Positions 13,695-24,178 of a stretch of DNA of 64,000 bases are shown here, piece after piece (the first letter of the stretch is position 1; each line of letters starts with the position of its first letter). Position numbers and translations under genes: made by a program. Under the pieces are notes generated by a model. The model was not told where the DNA came from. It did no database searches and worked only from the letters and a program-made list of their open reading frames with translations. Source of the DNA: Chiloscyllium plagiosum. Its lineage: Eukaryota. The stretch covers positions 42,630,902 through 42,694,901 of the forward strand of contig NC_057718.1 in NCBI RefSeq assembly GCF_004010195.1, read 5' to 3'.

Positions 13695-15521
13695 GCGAAA
13701 GTGAGGTCTGCGGATGCTGGAGATTAGAGTCAAAGAGCACAGCAGGTCAGGCAGCATCCGAGGAGCAGGAGAATCGACGTTTTGGGCAAAAGCCCTTCAT
13801 CAGGAATGAGGCTGAGCGCCGAGGCAGTGGTGAGATAAATGGGAAGGGGATGGGGCTGTGGGGAAGGTAACTGAGCGTGTGATAGGTAGATGGAGGTGGG
13901 GGTAATGGTGTTAGATCAGAGACAAGGATGGAGCAGATAGGTGGGAAGGAAAATGGACAGGTCATGAGGTGGTGCAAGTTGGAAGGTTGGAACTGGGATA
14001 AGATAGGGGGAGGGGAAATGAGGAAACTGGTGAAATCCACATTGATGCCGTAGGGTTGGAGGGTCCTGAGGCAGAAGATGAGTTCTTCCTCCAGGCGTCG
14101 GGTGGTTAGGGAGTGGCGATGGAGGAGTCCCAGGACCTGCATGTCCCTGGTGGAGTGGGAGGGGGAGTTAAAGTGTTCGGCCATGGGGCGGTGGGTTTGG
14201 TTGGTACCGGTGTCCCGGAGATGTTCTCTGAAGTGCTCTGCAAGTAGACGTCCTATCTCACCAAAATAGAGGACACCGCATCGGGAGCAACGGATATAGT
14301 AAATGACGTGTGGAAGTGCAGGTGTAACTTGATGGATGTGGAGAAGGCTCCTTTGGGGCCTTGGACGTAGGTGAGGGGGGAGGTGTGGGGCAGACTTTGC
14401 AATTGCTACGGTGGCAGAGGAAGTTGCCAGGAGGGGAGGGTATGTTGGTGGGGGCGCGTGGACCTGACAAGGGAGTCGCAGAGGGAATGGTTTTTACGGA
14501 AAGTGGAGAGGGGTGGGGAGGGAAATATGTCATTGGTGATAGGTGACAGAATGGGAGGATGATGCGATGTATACAGAGGTTGGTAGGGTGGAAGGTGAGG
14601 TCCAGAGAGGTTCTGTCCTTGTTGCAGTTGGAGGGGTGGAGTTCGAGAGCAGAGGTGCGGGTAGTGGATGAGATGCAGTGGGGGGGCATCATTAACCAAG
14701 TGGGTGGGGAAATTGCGGTCTTTAAAGAAGGAGGCCATCTGGTGTGTTCTGTGGTGGAACTGGTCCTCCTGGGAGCAGATGTGGCAGAGGTGAAGGAATT
14801 GGGAATAAGGGATAGCATTTTTACAGAAGGCAGAGTGGGAGAAGGTGTAATCTAGTTTGCTGTGGGAGTTGGTGGGTTTGTAGAAAATATCAGTGTAGAG
14901 TCAGTCACCATTGATAGAGATGAAGAGGTCCAGGAAGGGGAGGGAAGTGTCTGAGATGGTCCAGGTCAACTAAAGGTCAGGGTGGAATGTATTGGTGAAG
15001 TTGATGAACTGTTCACCCTCCTCATAGAAGCACGAGGTAGCGCCGATACAGTCGTCAATGTAGTGGAAGAAAAGGTGGGGAGTAGTGCTGGTGTAACTGC
15101 AGAAGATGGACTGTTCCACGTACCCGACAAAGAGACTGGCATAGCTGGGGTCCATGGCTACCCCTTTCATCTGGAGGAAGTGGAAGGATTCAAAGGAGAA
15201 ATTATTGAGGGTGAGGGCCAGTTCAGCCAAACGATTGTGTGTGTCAGTGGAAGGATACGAGTGGGGTCATCAGGTGAGGAAGAAATAGAGGGCTTGGAGG
15301 CCCTTGTCATGGCAGATTCATGGCGGAAGAGTTCATCAGCTTCTTCCTTTCGCACTCTCGACAACCCCAATCCCCCCCAGTCGCAGCCCCACCACCCTCC
15401 CATTTATCTCACCTTGGCTCACAGCCTCATCCATGATGAAGGGCTTTTGCCCAAAACATCGATTTACCTGCTCCTCGGATGCTGCCTGACTTGCTGTGCT
15501 TTTCCAGCACCACACTCTTGA
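13695..15521 (-). mobile_element. Penelope-like element (Neptune-type): RT, Cys-rich linker and GIY-YIG, 5'-truncated, ending in an inverted pLTR copy; 15-bp TSD
   Basis: RT motifs QMKGVAM and FFHYIDDC (14970-15230), linker CHRSNCKVC, and GIY-YIG remnant (AEHFNS...RRLEEELIF). 15390-15521 is an inverted copy of ~13730-13860. TSD ctgtatt(a/t)gaaagag at 13680-13694 and 15522-15536. Confidence 0.88.
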
Positions 15522-16548
15522 CTGTATTTGAAAGAGTCTCAAGATTGTGACTGGGACTGCACTCAGACATAGCGGGAAGGAAAGGAAGATTTTCTGAGGG
15601 CACGTGAGTGGCACAGGGGATATTTCATTGTAAGTACTTTCTCTGAATAGTCCATATGTTTCACTTTTCAACACCAATGGGAGGAAATGTAATTTTAGTC
15701 TCAATTACAAGACTGAAGATACTAGCCATCCTTGGCACGGCATGATGTTTTATGGTCCAAGCTATGAAGTGAGCAGCTTAATAGCCACATGCAAGCTATG
15801 GGACATTGGAAAGTGATTGTGGCTTTGGCAAGTAAAATTTCCAGACCCCAAACCAATGCTTTTGCCTCTCAGCATAAGGTTCATGTACCGTACTTTATGG
15901 TCACAGATATCTTTCACCTGTACACTGTCTCTTTCATGCTGTTTTTTTATTTCAAAAATATACTTTATTCATAAAATATTTTGATGGTCTCTACAGTTGG
16001 TCACCTGTCTCTTTCATGCTGTTTTTTTTATTTCAAAAATATACTTTATTCATAAAATATTTTGATGGTCTCTACAGTTGGTCATGCCATACATACACAA
16101 ACATTCCATTTCTTTGCATACAGAGATCAGAATTTATCATTTGTATGTACAGGTCTGTACGTTTATCAATCATATATCCATATATTTAGCTGAGGCGTCA
16201 GCAGAGCCCAAATGACTGCGTGGGCCCCCTGTTCTTCTTAGGCAGGCAGATGTTACATGGTGGTCTTTCCCCACTTCGCCATGGCGGCAGCTACCCCAAG
16301 CTTCAGCGTATCCTTCAGCACGTGGTCCTGGACCTTGGAATGTGCCAGTCTGCAACACTCAGTCGGGGTCAACTCCTTCAACTGGAAGATCAACAAACAT
16401 TCCATTTCTTTGCATATAGAGATCAGAATTTATCATTTGTATATACAAGTCTGTACATTTATCAATCACATATCCATATATTTAGCTGAGGTGTCAGCAG
16501 AGCCCAACTGACTGCGTGGGCCCCCTGTTCTTCTTAGGCAGGCAGATG

Positions 16549-19500
16549 TTACATGGTGGTCTTTCCCCACTTCGCCATGGCGGCAGCTACCCCAAGCTTC
16601 AGCGTATCCTTCAGCACGTGGTCCTGGACCTTGGAATGTGCCAGTCTGCAACACTCAGTCGGGGTCAACTCCTTCAACTGGAAGATCAACAGGTTTTGGA
16701 CCGGTACCAGAGAGCATCCTTCACCGAGTTGATGATCTTCCAGGCACAGTTGATGTTCGTCTCAATGTGCGTCCTGGAGAACAGGCCGTAGAGCACGGAG
16801 TCCCACGTCATGGCGCTGCCCGGGACGAACCTTGACAAACACCACTGCATTCCTCTCCAGACTTCCTCTTCATAGGCACATTCCAGAAGGAGATGTGTGA
16901 CGGTCTCGTCCCACCCGCAGCCCCTTCGAGGGCAGCATGCGGTGCGGCTTGAGAGTCTAGGCGTGCATAAAGGATCTCACAGGCAGAGCCCTTCTCACCA
17001 CCAGCCAAGCCATGTCTTGGTTCTTGTTGGAAAGTTCTGGCGATGAGGCATTCTGCCAAATGACTTTGATAGTCTGCTCAGGGAACCGCTCGATAGGATC
17101 CGCCCTCTCCTTTTCCCGAAGGGTCTCAAGGACACTACGTACTGACCACTTCCTGATGGACTTGTGGTCAAAGGTGTTTCTCTTCATAAACGTCTCCACG
17201 AAGGACGGGTGATATGGAACGGTCCAACTACTCGGAGCGTTCCGCGGCAGCGAGGCCAGGCCCATCCTTCGCAACACCGGGGACAGGTAGAACCTCAGTA
17301 TGTAGTGACACTTGATGTTTGCGTACCAGGGATCCACGCACTGCTTGATGCAGCCACACACAAAAGTGGCCATCAGGGTGAGGGTGGCATTGGGTGTATT
17401 TTTATCCCCGTTGCCCAGATCTTTATACATTGAGTCCCTTCGGACCCGGTCCATCTTTGACCTCCATATAAACTGGAAGATGGCCCGGGTGACTGCAGCG
17501 GCGCAGGTTCTGGGAATAGGCCAGACCTGTGCCACGTATAACAGCAATGACAGTGCCTCACACTGATGACCAGGTTTTTTCCCACGATGGAGAGTGACCG
17601 TTGCTTCCATCTGCCCAGTTTCTGCCTCACTTTGCTGATACCCTCCTCCCAAGACTTTGTGCACGCCCCAGCCCCCCCCGAACCAAATACCCAGCCCCTT
17701 CAGGTGGTCGGTCCTGACGGTGAAGGGGATCGAGGATTGGTTGGCCCAGTTCCTGAAGAGCATGGCCTCGCTCTTGCCTCAGTTTACCTTGGCCCCCGAG
17801 GCCCGTTCGAACTGGTCACATATGCACATGAGTCTGTGCACGGACAGCAGCTCCGAGCAGAAAATGGCGACATCATTCATGTACAGGAAGGCCTTAACCT
17901 GCAGGCCTCCACTGCCAGGATTAGTCACCCACTCAGGCTCGCATCCTTCCTGATGGACTCGGCAAATGGCTGTATGCAGCACACAAACAAGGCAGGAGAG
18001 AGAGGGCAGCCCTGCCTGACTCCAGATCTGACTGGGAAGCTAAGATTCCCACCCATTGATTGAGACTGCACTGACAATGTTGGTATAGAGCAGTCTGATC
18101 CAATTTCAGATTCCATCCCCAAAGCCCATTTTGGAGAGAACATCTCTCATATATGTATGTGATATCCTGTCAAAGGCTTTCTCCTGGTCCAGGATGATGA
18201 GGCAGGTGTCCAACCCTCTGTCCTGCATGTGGGCGATCGTATCCCTGAGAAGTGCGAGACTCTCAGCGATCTTCCTGCCCGGTACAGCACAGGTTTGGTC
18301 AGGGTGATTCACCGACCCCAGAGCAGACCTGACCGGGTTGGCGATAACCTATGAAAGAGTTTTGTAATCCGCATTCAGTAGTGAGATTGGTCTCCAATTT
18401 CTGAGTTCCTCCCTCTCCCCCTTCCACTTGTGGATGAGGGTGATGATGCCTTTCCTCATGGATTCACTCATGGTACCTGCCCGAAGCATACTGACATACA
18501 CCACCAACAGGTCCTGGCCAATCAAGTCCCACAGAGCAGAATAGAGCTCGACCGGTAAGCCGTCGCTTCCGGGAGTTTTATTCTTTTCGAAGGACGCGAG
18601 GTCCTTGGTCAGCTCGTCCAGAGATAGCGGCTGGTCCAGCCTCTCCCGTGTTCTGTTGTCTAAGACCTCCGTGGTAGAGGACAGGAATGACTGGGAGGTT
18701 GGCTTTGCATAATACAGACTGGCTTAGAAGGATTTGCAGATCCTCATGACGTTAACCTGAGATGACGTTATCGAGCCATCTTCTTCCTTCAGGCTGCTGA
18801 GCACGGAACTCTCTTCGTGCATCTTCTGGAAGAAGAAACGTGAGCATGTTGCTCCACCAAGTGGACCCTGGACCGGAAGATTATCTTGGAGGCCTCCAAG
18901 GCAAAGAGCGAGGCTTGCTGGCATCGACCCCCATTGTCTGCAGCAGGAGCAGGTCCTGCATATTTTCCTGGAGCTGGGACAGTTTTCCCCGCCTCTCTCA
19001 TGCCTCCTGATGCTGAAGACGTCGTGCAGCTTGGCATCTTTTACCATTTCCATCAGGGCTCTGGATGTGGCGTCCAGCTTACTATCCCCCTTGCCGGACT
19101 GTCCATCTGCATCAATGAAACAGTTGAAGTCTCCGGCCAGAATGACCGGCCTGGACGTAGCCAGCAACAGTGGAAGCTGCTGCAGGACGGCCAAACGTTC
19201 ATCTCACCCACTGGGGCGTATACATTAATCAGTCTCAGGGGAGCATTCCTGTACATGACGTCGGTGACAAGGAGGCGCCTGCCCACCACCACCTTAACCT
19301 CGGAGATGGTGAAGTTGCCTCCTCGCAACAGGATACCCAGGCTGGATGCACGGCTATTGTTGCCCCGCAACCAAACTGACAGCCCATGGGCCCACAAGCT
19401 CGACCATCTCCTGTAGCTGCTGAGGTGTGGTATCCCACACTCCTGCAGAAACAGGATGTCGGCTTTAATGTTGGCCAGGAAGGCCATTGTAGAAACACAT

Positions 19501-19550
19501 CGCGTAGCCGATTTGATGCTACGCACATTGCTGGCAATTTTTATCCCCAT
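16549..19550 (-). pseudogene. Tx1 ORF2 (endonuclease-reverse transcriptase), disrupted by frameshifts and deletions
   Basis: ATG at 19550 (MGIKIAS...). ORF pieces 19053-19559, 18724-19194, 18106-18312, 17925-18143, 17779-17982 and 16957-17763. Stop TAA at 16549-16551. Confidence 0.88.
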
Positions 19551-19568
19551 TTTTAACAATTTACGAGG

Positions 19569-21006
19569 TTACCAGTGTCTATTTTGCTGCTGGTCTTGCC
19601 TCTCTGGGGTAGCTATGTGCATCCCTGTGATGACGGCAAACTGCTGGACCTTCCCAGGGCTGAGGTAGCTGTCCGGCTCCACGCTGGGGCCATTTCCCCG
19701 CTCTGGTGTCTTCAGGTCGGGCGCAGGGTCCGCATAGTCCAGTTCTCTGTCCGACAGCGGGAATGTCACAGGACCACTGCTCCCAGTTACCTGGAGCTGT
19801 GTGGCGGTGGGTACCTCGTGGTTCTCCCCGGATGGGGGGAGGTCTTTACCCATCCCCTCAGAGGGATCATCTTTTCCTGTTTGGGTGGTGCTGCCCTCCT
19901 TTTTCCCCGCGGTACTCTGTCTCTTCCTCTGGTGACGACCCTCCTTACCATCCGAAGAGCTGCCTGTATCCTTGTGTAGGTGTCATTTCCCCCTTTTCCT
20001 GGGTGGCTTTGGGGGACTGGCGAGGTTTCCTCTTCCTGATTTTGACAGTAATCCAATCCTCTGCCTCCTTTGTTCCCTCCTCTTCCATTTCCTCCGTCTG
20101 TCTTGAAGGAGCTTAGATAGACTGCTGCGCCTCCCTGCTGTCTGCCGTCTGCTGCGTTCCAGCCTGCCCTTCCTTCTGGGCGCCACCATACACCGTTCCC
20201 ATGCTGTTTTGTGGTACCTTGCTGATCTTATGCAGTCCATGGCTCGTGCTGCCACCTCCGGCCATCTGTGCAAAGGTGGCGGCCCCTCGTCTTGGGCAGG
20301 TCTTGTACATGTGGCCTGCCTCTCCGCACAGATTACAGTTCTTGGCCTATTTACATTCCTTGGTCAGGTGGCTTTCCTGCTTGCAGTTTCGACAGACCTT
20401 ACAATCTGCCGCCATGTGGCCTGACCTCCCGCAGGTTCGGCACACTTTCGGCTGCCCTGTGTTTGTCAGGTAACCTCTGCTTCCTCCGATGGCAAAGCTG
20501 GAGGGTGGGTGGAGGATGTTCCCACTGGCATCGACCCTCAGGGTTACCCTGACCTCCTGCTTGCTGGTCCAGAACCCGAAAGGATCGACCACACCTGTGC
20601 TTTCTCCCTCGACCTGGACATATCTTCTCAGGAAGGTCAGGACATCCATTGCTGGGACATGGGTGTTGTACGTATGGATTGTAACAACCCGACCCCTCTG
20701 CGCAGGAAGCACACACAATGGGACTGCTGACAAGATGGAGAACAGAGGTTCCCCTTCCTTCTCCTTGAAGACCTTCAGGAGTTGTTTGCAATTCTTCACA
20801 CTCCTGAAGGTCACATCGAAATAGTCTGCCACAGGGAAATCCTGTAGGCAGTACACGTTCGCTGCTTCAAAGCCGCAGCACTCCAGCAAAATCTTCTTGA
20901 CAAACACCGTCCGATCAACCGGTGTACGCTCATCCACCTTCTTCACAGTCACCCTGACTGTGTTGCGAATGCCCTGGCCTGGGCTGTGAGCGGCTGCTGA
21001 GGCCAT
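19569..21006 (-). pseudogene. Tx1 ORF1 (RRM-like region plus three zinc knuckles), ZCCHC3-like
   Basis: ORF 20347-21069 reads ...VDPFGFWTS...HPPSSFAIGGSRGY...GQPKVCRTCGRSGHMAADCKVCRNCKQESHLTKEC. After an in-frame TAG it continues CNLCGEAGHMYKTCPR. Confidence 0.85.
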
Positions 21007-21332
21007 AGCTCTGAGGTTGGCTGGTACCTGAATTGGCGTTAGGCCGAAGCCATCATAAAGATCCACCAAGAGCAGGTCAGCACAACCAAACGAACCTCCA
21101 ACGTCCTATCATGGGCTGGTACCTGAATTGGCGTTAGGCCGAAGCCAGCATAAAGATCCACCAAGAGCAGGTCAGCACAACCAAACGAACCTCCAACGTC
21201 CTATCATGATCCAGCTATGATCTCCAGCAGCTCCGACGACTCGCAACACGACCCCCGTGGTATCTCCCCTGCCAGCACACATCCGCTGCGTTGAACCTGC
21301 AGCACTCGAGCAGAATCTCTTCCTCTGGTCCT

Positions 21333-21367
21333 CAGAAACTATGCATATTCCGAGCCAAAAGGCTGAG
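21333..21367 (-). ncRNA. Diverged U2 snRNA 5'-end-like sequence (U2 nt 8-42) at the Tx1 5' terminus; not a functional U2 gene
   Basis: Minus strand ctcagccttttggctcggaatatgcatagtttctg versus vertebrate U2 CTCGGCCTTTTGGCTAAGATCAAGTGTAGTATCTG (recalled): 26/35 ungapped identities. Confidence 0.7.
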
Positions 21368-21854
21368 TCTTCCCCCCGAAATAAATTCATTCACGGGCTG
21401 TGGGCATCACTGGCTAGGCCAGCATTTTCATTATACCAAAGTGGAGCCCCCTCCCTCAAAGACTGAAGGATTTATTCTGCTCCATACAAGTGTAGTGACA
21501 GCCATTTTCATCTCCATTGAGAACTTGCGATTTGGATGACAATGGAAAGAAACAGTGGTTGTATTTATTGAGTGAGGCATAGACTTGGTCTCTTCGTTTA
21601 GGTGACCCCACCCTCCCAAATTTTCATATTCCCTTCTTGGTTGCTGTCCTGTCACTCCAGCTTTCCCCACTTACCCACCCAACCGCATTTATTTAACTGT
21701 TAATCCACTTCAACCTCAGATCCTCAGGCACACTGCTTCAACATGCCAGGCATAGCAGTGCACTATCACCCCTACAAAACCAGGGTTGGGAGTGAAGGTA
21801 ACTATCAATGATCCACCTCACCACCTGCATTGCCCCTTCAATTGGAAATTAGGA

Positions 21855-22760
21855 TCAAGGTTTGTGTAATTATTTGTAGCTTGGGTGCCAGTTGTCGTAG
21901 TTGTGGGTATGTTTGCCAAGATGGGAAGTTGATTTGCAGATGTTTCATTCCCTCTCGAGGTGACATTTTCAGTGCTTTGGGGCCTCTTGTGAAGCACTGC
22001 TGTACTGTGTCCTCTGTAATTTATTTGGTTCCATTCCTGCTGCTTCCGGTTGCTGGTTCCAGTTGTTCGTTGTACTGGTCTGTATATTGGGTCTAAGTCT
22101 ATATGCTTGTTGATGGAGTTTGTGGATGAGTACCATGCTTCTAGGAATTCTTTGGCTGTCCTCTGTTTAGCTTGTCCTATGATCATTGTGTTGTCCGAGC
22201 TCAATTTGTGGTCCCAGTCATCTGTTTGTATGGCTACTAGGGACAGCTGGTCATGGTGTTTAGTGGCTAGTTGGTGTTCATGGTTCCAGATTGTTAGTTG
22301 TCTGCCTGTTTGCCTGATACATTGTTTCGAGCAATCTTTGCATGGAATCCTGTAAATTACATTAGTCTTGCACATGTTGGGTGTAGGGTCTTTTGTCCTG
22401 GTGAGTTGCTGTCTGAACGTGCCTGTTAGTTTATGGGCTGTCATGAGTCCCAGTGGTCGAAGATGTCTGGTTGTTAGTTCCAAGACGTTATTTTTGGAAG
22501 GTAGCATGGCTAGTGAGTTAGGTCATGGAGGTCCTCGTCATGCTGTTTGTCTGTTAGGCATCTGCAGATGAAGTTCCTGGAATATCCGTTCTTGGCAAAA
22601 ACTCTGTAGAGGTGTTCCTCTTCCCTTTGCAGGTCGGGTGTGCTGCTTTGCATTGTAGCCCTTTTGAGTAGGGTCCTAATGCAACGTCTCTTGTATGCGT
22701 TTGGGTGGTTGCTGTTGTAATTCAGGATCTGGTTGGTGTGTGTGTGACTTTCCAGTACAC
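21855..22760 (-). mobile_element. Penelope-like element (Penelope/Poseidon-type), RT C-terminus plus GIY-YIG
   Basis: NVIYRIPCKDCSKQCIRQTGRQL...HEHQLATK (ORF 21818-22507) and upstream KVTHTNQILNYNSNHPNAYKRRCIRTLLKRA. Degenerate hammerhead-like core at 21939-21972. Confidence 0.85.
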
Positions 22761-22856
22761 ATTCCTGATAAAGGACTTATGCCCAAAACATCGATTCTCC
22801 TGCTCCTCAAATGCTGCCTGACTTGCTGGGCTTTTCCGGCACCACACTGTTTGACT
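22761..22856 (+). mobile_element. Single pLTR arm of the Neptune-type PLE family
   Basis: cctgataaaggacttatgcccaaaacatcgattctcctgctcctc...gctgcctgac closely matches 15430-15521 and 61187-61270. Confidence 0.8.
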
Positions 22857-23024
22857 GCAGGACAACCCAGCCATCTATTTGGCTATTTGAAATTATTGAC
22901 GTTTGTATGAACGTTTGGATATTTCAAAAGTCTTCATGGACTCTGTTGAGTAGGGTTTGTTTATTCTTGTGTCCTCAGAATGTCTGTTTGATTGCTTGGT
23001 TTTCTTCTCATCAACAACGTTAGA

Positions 23025-23215
23025 AGTCACTTGTAGACGAGGATGACTCTCTTCCACTCTAAGGATGAGTCTGTAGGTGGCTGTACAGGCGATGAGGCTT
23101 CCACAGGCTCTGTTATACTTGGGGTAGAAGGTGGTCACAGAAAGGGATGGATGAAGCGTTGATGTGGCAGTGCACTGCTTTTGCTGTTTTCACCTGGCTT
23201 CTGATTTTGCCTGAT
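23025..23215 (-). mobile_element. RTE-clade LINE 3' end relic
   Basis: TTFYPKYNRACGSLI resembles the RTE C-terminal CPxCxRxCxSRIGL motif. Confidence 0.5.
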
Positions 23216-23490
23216 GGTAGGAAGAGATCTTGATTAGTAGGAATAGGACTGAGAGAGCAGGAGATTGATCTAATGGATGATGAGTTTGAAGAGAGCATGA
23301 GGGGAGATGGAGGGGAAGAAGATAAAGAATTGGGTTTAGGGTTAAGACAGATGAAGGCCATGGAGGAAGCTCAGCCTTGTGGGCTTTTTGAGGGAGGGGA
23401 GTGGTAGAGGCAGCTGTTTGGGTAGTTCAATCTTGGTCATTAAAGCAATCCATGAGATTCTCATGCTCCCTGTGGGTTAGAGCGGACGAC
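23216..23490 (-). mobile_element. L2-like LINE relic
   Basis: atggattgctttaatgaccaagattgaa... resembles the L2 MDFFVTKIE segment, followed by Ser/Pro-rich LS..IS...CSL.PIP. Confidence 0.45.
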
Positions 23491-23854
23491 ATAGGAAAGG
23501 AGCTTAAATAATTGGTTTTCATTCGAAAAAATTCCTCGAGTCACCTTGCATTCCAGGATAATCCTATGGTGATGAAGTCTACATTCCTTCAATTTTAAGA
23601 TAAAATATCCAAATTTCCAAAGAATAGTCATACTAGACTCAAAATATTAACTTTCTCTCTCCATAGACACTACTAGGCCAGAAGCTTTTCTCCAACAAGT
23701 TGTGTTTTATCCCAAAATTGCTCTATTTTGGTGAAATATTGTCAACAATGCTGATAGTAAAATTCATGCCTGTATTTACAGATGGTATAATATAAATGAA
23801 GAGTGGGCAGAAAAGTGTACTCTGTAGCTCATGCTTTGGCATCATAAAATGTCT

Positions 23855-24178
23855 ACAGTGTGGAAGCTCATCAAGTACACACCAATCCTCCAGAGAGATC
23901 TGATCCAGACCCACCCCCTCATCTTTTCCCCATAACCTTGCATTATCCATGGCTAATCAACCTAGCCTGGACACTAAGAGCAATTTAACATGGCCAATCC
24001 ATGTAACCTGCACATCTTTGAAATATGGCATGAAACCAGAGCTTCCAGAGGAAACCCACGCACACACACAGAGAAAACGTGCAAACTCCATACTGACAGT
24101 TGCCCGAGGCTGGAATCGAACCTGGGTCCCTGGTGCTATGACACAGCAGTGCTAATCACGGAGCCTCCGTGGCACCCC
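23855..24178 (-). mobile_element. HE1-type tRNA-derived SINE (older copy)
   Basis: tRNA-like head (ggttcgattcc box B) and conserved core gtttgcacgtt.tc...gtgggtttcct. Confidence 0.85.

Larger units (their letters stand above)
15942..21377 (-). mobile_element. Near-full-length Tx1-group (L1 clade, Keno-like) non-LTR retrotransposon, inactivated
   Basis: 5' UTR, ORF1 with three CCHC knuckles, ORF2 with APE endonuclease (ILFLQEC, ILAGDFN), RT (LDQEKAFDRISH, GVRQGCPLSP, YMND) and a C-terminal Cys motif, then AATAAA and an A-tail at ~15942-15970 and ~16022-16050. Confidence 0.93.
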
